Assembly: GCA_041178685.1 (NCBI GenBank)
Contig: JBEGUX010000177.1
Span: 1-30,468 of the forward strand
Direction: 5' to 3'
Origin: Bacteroidota bacterium
GTDB taxonomy: Bacteria; Bacteroidota; Bacteroidia; AKYH767-A; 2013-40CM-41-45
DNA: 30,468 bases
Under the pieces are notes generated by a model. That model made no database searches. It was not told where the DNA came from and saw nothing but the letters and a program-made list of their open reading frames with translations. This document shows, in pieces, positions 16,757 to 25,466 of the stretch. The position numbers were made by a program, and so were the translations under genes. The stretch's first letter is position 1. Each line of letters begins with the position of its first letter.

Positions 16757-17488
16757 ATGACAGTCGCTATACTTATCGGTTGCTTTTTCTTAGTGGCGGC
16801 ATTGTATTCATCAGTCGGACACGGAGGCGCGAGTGGATATCTGGCAGTAATGGCAATCATTGGTTTATCTCCAGAAATTATGCGACCAACGGCACTAGTA
16901 TTGAACTTGCTCGTTTCTTTCATTGCTACGGGCTACTTTTTCCGCAGCGGCCATTTTCGATCTCGCTTGTTTCTTCCATTAGTGCTTTCCTCAGTTCCTT
17001 TTGCCTGGCTCGGTGCAAATTTACCGCTTCCCGACTACCTGTATAAAATCATTCTTGGTATTTGTCTGTTAGTTGCTGTTCTCCGATTGCTCCTTGAAAA
17101 GTGGATTTCTACGGATGGAGAGGTACAAAAGATCTCTGTTTTTTGGTTAATAATAATGGGTTGTGGAATTGGAATTATATCTGGTATGATTGGTATTGGT
17201 GGTGGCATATTATTATCGCCACTTCTTTTGTTAGGTCGTTGGGCTACCTTGCGTGAATCGGCAGCATTGGCTGCGCCATTTATTTTCTTTAATTCCATAT
17301 CTGCATTTTCGGTGCTGTACCAAAAGCAACCTCAATTTCCGGATGAACTACTTTATTGGATGATAGCTACATTAGCAGGAGGAATAGTGGGTTCATATGC
17401 CGGCAGCCGCCGTTTGCCGGTAGCCGTCTTGAAGTATATTCTTGCCGGTGTATTATTACTGGCTGCAGGTAAGTTAATGTTTGTATAA
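16757..17488 (+). CDS. TauE/SafE (TSUP) family transporter
   Basis: About 8 hydrophobic segments, with internally repeated SSVGHGGASGY and GMIGIGGGILL motifs. Confidence 0.9.
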   Translation: MTVAILIGCFFLVAALYSSVGHGGASGYLAVMAIIGLSPEIMRPTALVLNLLVSFIATGYFFRSGHFRSRLFLPLVLSSVPFAWLGANLPLPDYLYKIILGICLLVAVLRLLLEKWISTDGEVQKISVFWLIIMGCGIGIISGMIGIGGGILLSPLLLLGRWATLRESAALAAPFIFFNSISAFSVLYQKQPQFPDELLYWMIATLAGGIVGSYAGSRRLPVAVLKYILAGVLLLAAGKLMFV

Positions 17489-17489
17489 T

Positions 17490-18686
17490 ATGATTTCTGT
17501 AGAAGAGGCAAAATCCATACTCAAAAAAAATTTACACGTAGCTGATAGCGTCCTATGTCCGCTGAGTGAGGCAGCAGGTTTGGTGGTAGCGAAAACTATT
17601 CGTGCTACCTGTGATATGCCACGCTTTGATCAGTCAGCAGTAGATGGATATGCCATAATGCTTGATGGGAAGAATCCTAAACCATCCGAACGATACTACA
17701 TAACGCAAGAAATCAAAGCCGGTGATAAGCCGGTTGCGCAGCCTAAAAAAAATACAGCCTACCGGATTTTTACCGGTGCGCCGGTTCCTAAAGGAACTCT
17801 CTGTGTTGTAATGCAAGAGCAAGTCGTCGTTGAAAATGGCTATGTAATTCCGGACAGTACAGCAATTCAACCTAAACGTCATATCCGATTTAAAGGAGGG
17901 AACTTCCGGAAAAGTGATATGGTTTTGCAAAAAGGATCAATACTTTCTCCTGCAGCAATTGGCTTGTTGACTTCCTTAGGATTAACATCTGTTTCCGTTT
18001 ATCGGAAGCCGCGAGTTGGATTGTTGGTTACCGGCAATGAGCTGGTCCTTCCTGGTCAGCCATTGAAGCCGGGCCAAATTTATGAGTCCAATTCAGCAAC
18101 ACTTCGTGCTGCGTTGCAATGCGATGGCTTCACGCTTGAGAAAGTGCTGCGTGCAAAAGACACGCTAACATCGGTAGAGCAAAATTTGGGAAAACTTATT
18201 TCCACCTGTGATATTATTCTTTTGACAGGTGGAATCTCTGTTGGTAAATATGATTTTGTTGCAGAAGCATTAAAGAAGCACCGCGTAAAGAAGTTATTTT
18301 ATAAAGTAGCCCAAAAGCCGGGGAAGCCCATCTTTGTCGGCCGTAAATCGAAGAAGCTGATTTTCGCACTTCCGGGGAATCCCGCTGCCGTTTTGGTCTG
18401 CTACAGGGAATATGTCTTACCCACATTATTGCAGTTGACTGGAAAAAATCCACTCATAATCAAGCAGTTGCCGATTGGCCACACGTTTCGGTACAGTGGC
18501 GACCGTGCCCAATTTTTCCGAGCAGTGGATTTTGGCAATAGTGTAAAAATTCTTGATGCGCAGGACTCCGACAATCTATTAAGCTTTGCAGAAGCCAATG
18601 CTTTAGTGTACCTTTCTAAAGGAAATCACGACCTTTTACAAGGTGATTTGGTTGAAGTTCATCCGTTGTCGTTTAACTCTCGTTGA
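17490..18686 (+). CDS. moeA: Molybdopterin molybdotransferase
   Basis: PRFDQSAVDGYA, IFTGAPVP, TGNEL, TGGISVG, QKPGKP, LPGNPAA. ATG at 17490. Confidence 0.95.
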   Translation: MISVEEAKSILKKNLHVADSVLCPLSEAAGLVVAKTIRATCDMPRFDQSAVDGYAIMLDGKNPKPSERYYITQEIKAGDKPVAQPKKNTAYRIFTGAPVPKGTLCVVMQEQVVVENGYVIPDSTAIQPKRHIRFKGGNFRKSDMVLQKGSILSPAAIGLLTSLGLTSVSVYRKPRVGLLVTGNELVLPGQPLKPGQIYESNSATLRAALQCDGFTLEKVLRAKDTLTSVEQNLGKLISTCDIILLTGGISVGKYDFVAEALKKHRVKKLFYKVAQKPGKPIFVGRKSKKLIFALPGNPAAVLVCYREYVLPTLLQLTGKNPLIIKQLPIGHTFRYSGDRAQFFRAVDFGNSVKILDAQDSDNLLSFAEANALVYLSKGNHDLLQGDLVEVHPLSFNSR

Positions 18687-18691
18687 CACCA

Positions 18692-18925
18692 ATGAATATC
18701 AAAGTTAAATTGTTTGGAGTGCTAGCCGATGAATTACAACGGCAAGAAGTCACCATGAACAACATTTCAGATGTTCGATCATTGGAAAAGCAATTGCTGG
18801 ATTTCCATCCGGTTTTTAACCGTGTCCACTGCCGGATTGCTGTGAACCGTAAATTGGTCACGGATAACATGGTATTGCATAGCAGTGATGAAGTCGCTGT
18901 GATGCCACCTTTCTCGGGAGGATAA
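18692..18925 (+). CDS. moaD: Molybdopterin synthase sulfur carrier subunit
   Basis: Ubiquitin-like size, IAVN, C-terminal PPFSGG. Confidence 0.95.
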   Translation: MNIKVKLFGVLADELQRQEVTMNNISDVRSLEKQLLDFHPVFNRVHCRIAVNRKLVTDNMVLHSSDEVAVMPPFSGG

Positions 18926-18928
18926 ACG

Positions 18929-20026
18929 ATGTCAACACTTGACTTTTTCCGGTACCAGCGACAACTCAAGCTCGAAGATTTCGGTGCTTTAGGACAAGAA
19001 CGGCTACATCATGCTCGTGTATTGATTATTGGTGTTGGAGGACTTGGTTGTCCTGCGGCAATTTACCTTACAGCAGCAGGTGTTGGAAACGTTGGCCTGT
19101 TGGATGGAGATCGTGTGGAACTCACCAACCTTCATCGTCAGGTTCTTTTTGATGAATCGGATATCGGTCAATCCAAAGCACAGGTCGCGCAGTCAAAGTT
19201 GTCACAAAAAAATTCACAGGTAAACATTTTAGCCCACGATGAATGGCTGACTACGGAGAATGCAGCATCCGTTATTGTTGATTATGATGTTGTGTTGGAT
19301 TGTTCCGATAATCTTCCGACACGTTATCTGATCAGTGATGTTTGCCGTTTATTAGGTAAGCCTTTGGTATATGGGGCTTTGCATCGTTATCAGGGTCAGC
19401 TTGCCGTTTTTAATGTTTCCAATTCAGGGAACCCCGCAGTAACCTATCGTTGTTTGTTTCCGGAGTCCGTCGAAAATTCTGTTATTCCTTCCTGCAATGA
19501 TGCTGGTGTACTTGGTGTTTTGCCTGGCACAATCGGTACTCTTCAGGCCAACGAAGCAATAAAACTAATCACAGGAAACGGAGATGTCCTTTCCGGTAAA
19601 CTATGGGTGATTGATTTGCGCACGCTGGAAACAGATACTATTACACTCTCCTTTGATACGGAGTCAAATGCTGCAGCGCCTCAGGATTTATTCCAGCTTC
19701 GCCTAAAGCATTACGCGCTGCCTTGCTTATCGGTTGCGCCGGTTTCTGAAATGACATTAAATCAAGTAGGAGGACGCAATTGGATTGTTGTGGATGTTCG
19801 TGAAGAATACGAAGGTCCGGTTCCCGATATCAATGCTGTACCTGTTGTTCGTTTACCATTTGATGAATTACGCAAGCGTCGCACATTATTACCCCCGGAT
19901 GCTAAATTACTTGTTGCCTGTCAGTCGGGATTGCGTAGCAAAGTGGCTGCACGTATTCTAAAGGAGGAACTGGGCTATGAGGAAGTATTCAGTTTGAAAG
20001 GCGGGTGGAATGCAATTCACTCCTGA
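18929..20026 (+). CDS. moeB: Molybdopterin synthase adenylyltransferase (ThiF/MoeB) fused to a rhodanese domain
   Basis: RYQRQ, GVGGLG, NLHRQ, DCSDN, SCNDAGVLG; C-terminal DVRE...CQSGLRS...LKGG rhodanese. Confidence 0.93.
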   Translation: MSTLDFFRYQRQLKLEDFGALGQERLHHARVLIIGVGGLGCPAAIYLTAAGVGNVGLLDGDRVELTNLHRQVLFDESDIGQSKAQVAQSKLSQKNSQVNILAHDEWLTTENAASVIVDYDVVLDCSDNLPTRYLISDVCRLLGKPLVYGALHRYQGQLAVFNVSNSGNPAVTYRCLFPESVENSVIPSCNDAGVLGVLPGTIGTLQANEAIKLITGNGDVLSGKLWVIDLRTLETDTITLSFDTESNAAAPQDLFQLRLKHYALPCLSVAPVSEMTLNQVGGRNWIVVDVREEYEGPVPDINAVPVVRLPFDELRKRRTLLPPDAKLLVACQSGLRSKVAARILKEELGYEEVFSLKGGWNAIHS

Positions 20027-20036
20027 GTTTGAAGTT

Positions 20037-20495
20037 ATGGAACAACCATCGGCTAAAGTACATCGTAAGAAAACGATGTTCATTCATAATCCTGTCTCTC
20101 CTGTTTTTATAGCCGATGCAATTGCCAAGCATGCGGCAAACACTGCTATTGGCGCACATCAGATTTTTCTTGGGCAAATTCGTGCTGATAAAATAGACGA
20201 ACAAATCGTTGAGGCGATCGAGTTCTCTGCATATGAGGATATGGCGGATGAAGCTTATGCTGACTTTCGCGAAACACTTTTCAAAAATTATGAATTGACG
20301 TGCATGCACGTTTATCATAGTCTTGGCCGGGTTAATACCGGTGGGATCAACCTCTTTGTGTTTGTTTCTTCCGTGCACCGAAAGGCTGCCACAGCTGCTT
20401 GTGCCGAACTTGTTGAATGGATCAAGTGTAAAGCACCAATTTGGGGAAAAGAAATATTGACCGGCGATCAGGTGCAGTGGAAGGTAAATAATTGA
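20037..20495 (+). CDS. moaE: Molybdopterin synthase catalytic subunit
   Basis: GAHQIFLGQIRAD, FSAY, YHSLG, SSVHR, APIWGKE. Start is ATG 20037 or 20010. Confidence 0.92.
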   Translation: MEQPSAKVHRKKTMFIHNPVSPVFIADAIAKHAANTAIGAHQIFLGQIRADKIDEQIVEAIEFSAYEDMADEAYADFRETLFKNYELTCMHVYHSLGRVNTGGINLFVFVSSVHRKAATAACAELVEWIKCKAPIWGKEILTGDQVQWKVNN

Positions 20496-20502
20496 GCATA
20501 AC

Positions 20503-21420
20503 ATGATTGATATAACTCATAAGTCAGATACGTTACGTTATGCAAAAGCTCAGGCTGTGGTGTCTTTCAGTACAATCGAAACAGCACGAGCCATTCGAGA
20601 AGGAAAAGTTCCAAAAGGAAATGTGATGGAAATGGCCAAAGCGGCAGCACTTTTTGCGGTCAAGCGTACCAGTGATTTGATTCCTGATTGCCATCCATTA
20701 CCTATTGAGCACACAGCTGTCTATTTTGAATTGGGTGAAATAGACTTACGCATCGAAGTGGAACTAAAAACCATCTACAAGACCGGAGTTGAAGTGGAAG
20801 CGATGCATGGAGCATCAGTGGCTGCGTTGACAGCTTACGATATGTTGAAGCCAATTGATCCGCAACTTGAAATTGGACAAATCCGATTGCTCGAAAAGCG
20901 TGGTGGAAAATCCCAGTATAAAAAAGATTTTCTAAAAAGTTTAAGTGCAGCTGTGATTGTCTGTTCCGATTCTATTGCTGCCGGTGATAAGGAAGATCGT
21001 GCAGGAAAAGCAATCATTCAAAAGTTGGAGGAGCTTTCCGTCACTATTCGGGAATACACTATTATTCCTGATGAAGTGGAGGATATTCAGAAAAAGCTTC
21101 GTCATCTGGTTGCGGATAATATTCAACTGATTATTTTCACCGGTGGAACCGGGTTATCTCGCCGTGATGTTACGCCTGAAGCAATACGTCCAATGCTTGA
21201 TCGTGAAATACCAGGCATCGAAGAAACTATTCGTCAGTATGGACAACAACGCATGCCTTATGCAATGTTATCCCGCAGTGTTGCCGGCATGATTGGCGAT
21301 TCATTAGTACTTGCATTGCCGGGATCCACCAAAGGTGCTGCAGAAAGTATGGATGCTGTTTTCCCACATGTCCTACACATCTTTCGTGTTCTCGAGGCGC
21401 TCCGACACGAGGAGTCCTGA
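20503..21420 (+). CDS. moaCB: Bifunctional MoaC/MoaB(MogA-like) molybdenum cofactor biosynthesis protein
   Basis: MIDITHK, LIPDCHPL, TGVEVEAM (MoaC); DRAG, TGGTG...RDVTPEA, LPGS (MoaB/MogA). Confidence 0.95.
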   Translation: MIDITHKSDTLRYAKAQAVVSFSTIETARAIREGKVPKGNVMEMAKAAALFAVKRTSDLIPDCHPLPIEHTAVYFELGEIDLRIEVELKTIYKTGVEVEAMHGASVAALTAYDMLKPIDPQLEIGQIRLLEKRGGKSQYKKDFLKSLSAAVIVCSDSIAAGDKEDRAGKAIIQKLEELSVTIREYTIIPDEVEDIQKKLRHLVADNIQLIIFTGGTGLSRRDVTPEAIRPMLDREIPGIEETIRQYGQQRMPYAMLSRSVAGMIGDSLVLALPGSTKGAAESMDAVFPHVLHIFRVLEALRHEES

Positions 21421-21453
21421 TACTTAATTACTCTTTGCTTAGTTATTACTTGC

Positions 21454-22422
21454 ATGTTGATAGACCGCTTCGGAAGACCTCATAATTACCTTCGTATTTC
21501 GCTTACTGATTTATGCAATTTGCGTTGTACATATTGCATGCCCGAAGAGCCTGATTTTTCCCCAAAAGAAAAATTGATGCAAACGGAAGAAGTAATTATG
21601 CTCGCACGTCTTTTTGTTTCGGAGGGTGTTCGAAAAATCAGACTTACCGGCGGTGAACCATTGGTGCGTAACGATTTCTCAAAAATTATTTCGGGGATTT
21701 CCGCGTTGAGAAGCGATGGTTTGCAAGAGCTCACCCTAACCACCAACGGTGTTTTTATTCATGAGCACATCGATGGCTTGAAACTGGCAGGTGTCCAATC
21801 GTTAAACATTAGTCTCGACACGTTATTGCCTGAACGTTTTTCGGCGATAGCGAAACGTGATCATTTCCATCGTGTTGTTTCGAATATCCATTTGCTGTTG
21901 GAAAAGCAGTTTAATGTGAAAGTCAATGTTGTCGTCATGAAAGGAGTTAATGACGATGAGGTTATTGACTTTATAAATTGGACGCGTGATTATCCAATTC
22001 ATGTGCGTTTTATAGAGTTCATGCCCTTTGCGGGTAATAAGTGGCAGGACAAGCGACTGATTCGTTCTGCTGAACTGTTGGAACGCATTAGGCAATTCCT
22101 CGATGTGGAGCCATTGGAAAACAAGAAACACGATACTTCCCGGGCTTTCAAAGTGCTTGGCTACACTGGGACCTTCGCTTTTATCAGCACAATGAGTGAG
22201 CCATTTTGTGGCGATTGTAACCGGTTGCGCTTGACGGCGGATGGGAAAATTAAAAATTGTCTCTTTTCAAAAGGCGAACATGATTTATTAGCGGCACTTC
22301 GTTCCGGACAGGATCCTCGGCCTATTTTGCATGAATCCGTGCTTGAAAAGGAGGAAAAATGGGGTGGACAGTCACTTTTTGGCACCACGGAAAACCGTTC
22401 AATGGTTGCGATAGGCGGATAA
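21454..22422 (+). CDS. moaA: GTP 3',8-cyclase
   Basis: CNLRCTYC, TGGEPL, RFIEFMP, FCGDCNRLR, C-terminal IGG. Confidence 0.98.
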   Translation: MLIDRFGRPHNYLRISLTDLCNLRCTYCMPEEPDFSPKEKLMQTEEVIMLARLFVSEGVRKIRLTGGEPLVRNDFSKIISGISALRSDGLQELTLTTNGVFIHEHIDGLKLAGVQSLNISLDTLLPERFSAIAKRDHFHRVVSNIHLLLEKQFNVKVNVVVMKGVNDDEVIDFINWTRDYPIHVRFIEFMPFAGNKWQDKRLIRSAELLERIRQFLDVEPLENKKHDTSRAFKVLGYTGTFAFISTMSEPFCGDCNRLRLTADGKIKNCLFSKGEHDLLAALRSGQDPRPILHESVLEKEEKWGGQSLFGTTENRSMVAIGG

Positions 22423-22526
22423 TAGCCTCTTTTTCGTTTTTACTCACCCACGCACTCGGACGTTGACCAAAATCATAAACCTTTTGAAGACGAATGCGTT
22501 ATATTTAGGGTAGCATTTCTGAAATC

Positions 22527-23546
22527 ATGTACCTATTAAGACGTTCTCTTATCCTTCTATTTTTGGTAGCCACAGGATATTCTGCTACTGCACAACGTAA
22601 GGCAGAAATTGCAATTTCGGGTGGAGTGGTAAATTATATCGGCGATCTGGCCAACGAAAAGTTTTTTCCATACACTTCCGCTTCAACTGGAGCAGCAATA
22701 ACCTTGCGCAACTTTGCCGGCAGTCCGCGTAATCGATATAAGACCTTTGATATGCAGCTGCGTTTGAGTTGGCATCGATTGCAATACGACGAGACAACTC
22801 CTATCGGTGATAAAAAAGGACTTGAACTTCGCAACTATCTTCGTGGAATCAATTTTAGAAATGATCTTTTAGGTGCTGAAACAGGATTTACTTATAACCT
22901 GTTTGTAAACCGTAATCAGCCGTTGTGGAAACCTTCATTCTCCTTTTTTCTAATGGCGGGTGTTGGTGTTTTTTACGGGCAGCCCAAGGCCGACCTCTTT
23001 CGTGGTACTCCCTCTTTAGACTCGCGTTATTATTTCTGGAAAGATGGAACAGTTCGTGATTGTGCTGAAAATCCTCAAGGTGTTGGCAATGAGATTGAGC
23101 GGGACGGAAAGTATGAAACTAAATTGCGTGAGTGGAAAACAGAAGGTCAAGGGTTTGATAAAGAGATCCACCAATCTACACCGTATGATGTTTGGAACAT
23201 CGGAATCCCGCTGGGTGTTGGAATGCGCTATGTATTAGATAAGCAGTGGACGCTTTCTGCAGAATTAAATTACTACTATTTCTTTTCCGACTTTTTAGAT
23301 GATGTCAGTGAACGTTATGCGACATATGAGGAATTACGTGCTGCATTTCCTGACGATGAGCAATTTGAATTGGCAAAGTACATTTCAGATCCTTCAGGTT
23401 TAGGAACCGATGGCTATATCAGTCCTGCGACGAGTCGTCGCGGAAACCCTGGCTTAAAAGATGCTTTCTCTTTTTTCTCGGTAGAGGCATCGTATAAATT
23501 TACCTGGAAAAAGAAATCAGTCTACGGACAATTTACGTCCCGCTAA
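22527..23546 (+). CDS. DUF6089/PorG-like outer-membrane beta-barrel protein
   Basis: Signal peptide, GGVVNYIGDL, TEGQG, IPLGVG, DFLDDVS, RRGNPG..D, recalled as typical of this Bacteroidota family. Confidence 0.7.
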   Translation: MYLLRRSLILLFLVATGYSATAQRKAEIAISGGVVNYIGDLANEKFFPYTSASTGAAITLRNFAGSPRNRYKTFDMQLRLSWHRLQYDETTPIGDKKGLELRNYLRGINFRNDLLGAETGFTYNLFVNRNQPLWKPSFSFFLMAGVGVFYGQPKADLFRGTPSLDSRYYFWKDGTVRDCAENPQGVGNEIERDGKYETKLREWKTEGQGFDKEIHQSTPYDVWNIGIPLGVGMRYVLDKQWTLSAELNYYYFFSDFLDDVSERYATYEELRAAFPDDEQFELAKYISDPSGLGTDGYISPATSRRGNPGLKDAFSFFSVEASYKFTWKKKSVYGQFTSR

Positions 23547-23554
23547 TAAAAATG

Positions 23555-23580
23555 AAAAAGGCGTCCTCGGACGCCTTTTT
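23555..23580. terminator. Bidirectional intrinsic terminator
   Basis: AAAAAGGCGTCC-TC-GGACGCCTTTTT perfect inverted repeat between convergent genes. Confidence 0.9.
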
Positions 23581-23597
23581 AGTGGTTACAGGTTTAC

Positions 23598-24623
23598 TTA
23601 TTTCGCTTCCTGATTTATTTGCTCCAATAGCTTTAGCAAATCGTCCAGTTTGGGCGTTAAAATGATTTCAGTCCGGCGATTTTTTCTGCGTGCTTCTGCA
23701 GTATTGGCAGGATCGATAGGAGCGTAGGGGCCTTTACCACTGGCCGTTATACGCATCGGATCAATCGTTGATCCTTTCAACATAATCTTCACGATTGATG
23801 TCGCACGTAGTACGCTCAGCTCCCAATTGTCGCGCGCACCGCTGGCTAAAACACCGGAAATTGGAACATTATCTGTATGGCCTTCTACCATTACATTGAT
23901 ATCACTGTTTTTCTCCAGCACTCGTGCCAGTTCCCGCAATGCTTCCTCGCCTTTCTTCTCAATGACTGTTGATCCGGATGCAAATAATAATTGTTCTTCC
24001 ATCGAAACATAAACACGGCTTCCGCGCTGTTCAACTGTGAGTCCTTTATTCTGGAAGCCAAGCAAGGCATTGCTGACAGCATTCTTCAATGCGGATACAG
24101 TGGAGTCGGAGCGTCCTAAGATAGATTCAAGTTGACGCACACGTTCATCGCGTTCTTTAAGGCTGTTACGAAGTGAATCGAGGCGATTTTCGCGATCATT
24201 CATCGCCAGCGAATCTTTACGCATGCGATCTTCTTTCTGCATAAGATCTTCCTGCAACTTATTCAACTGTCCGATCAATTTACGTGTTTCTTCAGTGTTG
24301 CCTTGCAACAGACGATCGTTATTGGCCAACAGCTTATCATACGACTCTGTCAACTCTTCGTACAAACTATTCAACCTGCGATACGCATTGCCTTGAGTAG
24401 TTGTATCACGAGAAAGTTCGTTAACACTTTTCTGAAGATCTTCGATGTTGTTTTTGAGCTCCTCTTGCGCTTCGGTAAGTCTGCGGTTTTCGTCCTCCAG
24501 TTGTATCTTTCTGTCGTTACAAGCCTTTTCGCGCGCTTTTGCATCTTCCAGGTGTTTTGCCGGCACACACGCTTCAAAAACTGCGATTGACCAAAGAATT
24601 GCAAGGATAGACCCGATTTTCAT
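23598..24623 (-). CDS. OmpA/MotB-family peptidoglycan-binding lipoprotein with long N-terminal coiled coil
   Basis: Lipobox-like FEAC, about 165 aa of heptad-rich sequence, LLFASGS, VEGHTDNVP, NWELSVLRA, NRRTEIIL. Start is ATG 24623 or 24638. Confidence 0.88.
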   Translation of the reverse strand: MKIGSILAILWSIAVFEACVPAKHLEDAKAREKACNDRKIQLEDENRRLTEAQEELKNNIEDLQKSVNELSRDTTTQGNAYRRLNSLYEELTESYDKLLANNDRLLQGNTEETRKLIGQLNKLQEDLMQKEDRMRKDSLAMNDRENRLDSLRNSLKERDERVRQLESILGRSDSTVSALKNAVSNALLGFQNKGLTVEQRGSRVYVSMEEQLLFASGSTVIEKKGEEALRELARVLEKNSDINVMVEGHTDNVPISGVLASGARDNWELSVLRATSIVKIMLKGSTIDPMRITASGKGPYAPIDPANTAEARRKNRRTEIILTPKLDDLLKLLEQINQEAK

Positions 24624-24734
24624 TGATTTCAGGGGCATAGTTTCGTATATTTTATGATAATGTGTAAAGGTAATTCGTCTTTATGGGCGAGTTCCCCGGC
24701 CTATCAGGCTAGTTTTGAACAATTACGTAAGCAT

Positions 24735-24742
24735 TAAATTTG
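24735..24742 (+). promoter_or_regulatory. -7 element (TAAATTTG) for the 24747 gene
   Basis: Exact TAnnTTTG match only 4 nt before the ATG. Confidence 0.55.
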
Positions 24743-24746
24743 CACT

Positions 24747-25463
24747 ATGCAGTCGTTGAACAAAAATTGGATTACGGAACACCACATCGACTTCGAATAC
24801 AAGAAGTACATTCTGTTGGCTTATCTCCAGCACGTCAGCGAGAATTTTACCGAAAACAGGTTGTACCCCTTTCTTTCGGATATGGTGGAGCACTACCGCA
24901 ATTTGAAAGTATTACAAGAAAATAAGCATCGAATCTTCGCAAGTTTTCCTGAACAAATCAAAGGTACCGATACAGAGCAGTTTCGGCTGATTTACCAAAA
25001 GTTGGTCGAAGATGATTCACTGATGAGTGAAATAGAAAGTATTGTTGAATTTTCTATTCCTCAATTGGAAACGAAATTGCGCGAAGGGAAAAAGATCTAT
25101 GAGTTTTTAGAGGAACATACACACATTTTCCCGATCGGATTAACACCGATTAACAATGAGGCAGGTTATTTGCTCTTAAGAAATGGCGAATCAACAGAAA
25201 CAATTGTTTTTCAGTACCATGTTACGCTCTTTGAACATCCGCAGGAACGTTATCGTGGCGTTCATCTGGAGTATATGACAGCTTATCCTGCATCGCTGGC
25301 TAATACGTATGAGTCGATAAAATATGATCTGCTTCGTTATAACCGTTCGTTACCTAACCCGGCTGCTTACGCTATAGAATCGGAGTTAAATTTACCATTT
25401 CAGTCTACGTTTCTGCCCTTGGCAAAACGTAGTATAATGAAACGAATTTCCAATGCTGCTTGA
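24747..25463 (+). CDS. Conserved hypothetical cytoplasmic protein
   Basis: 238 aa, no signal peptide, motifs IDFEYKKYILLAYLQ and LPFQSTFLPLAKR; own promoter element. Confidence 0.8.
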   Translation: MQSLNKNWITEHHIDFEYKKYILLAYLQHVSENFTENRLYPFLSDMVEHYRNLKVLQENKHRIFASFPEQIKGTDTEQFRLIYQKLVEDDSLMSEIESIVEFSIPQLETKLREGKKIYEFLEEHTHIFPIGLTPINNEAGYLLLRNGESTETIVFQYHVTLFEHPQERYRGVHLEYMTAYPASLANTYESIKYDLLRYNRSLPNPAAYAIESELNLPFQSTFLPLAKRSIMKRISNAA

Positions 25464-25466
25464 TTG

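Noticed and set aside
16736-16764. ModE operator before the TSUP gene (GTTATATA half-site)
   Set aside because: Only the left half matches; the right half matches about 5 of 11 positions and overlaps the start codon. The AT-rich match may just be a promoter element.
23598-24623. Flagellar stator MotB
   Set aside because: It has a lipoprotein signal rather than a MotB TM helix with the conserved Asp, and there are no motA or flagellar genes.
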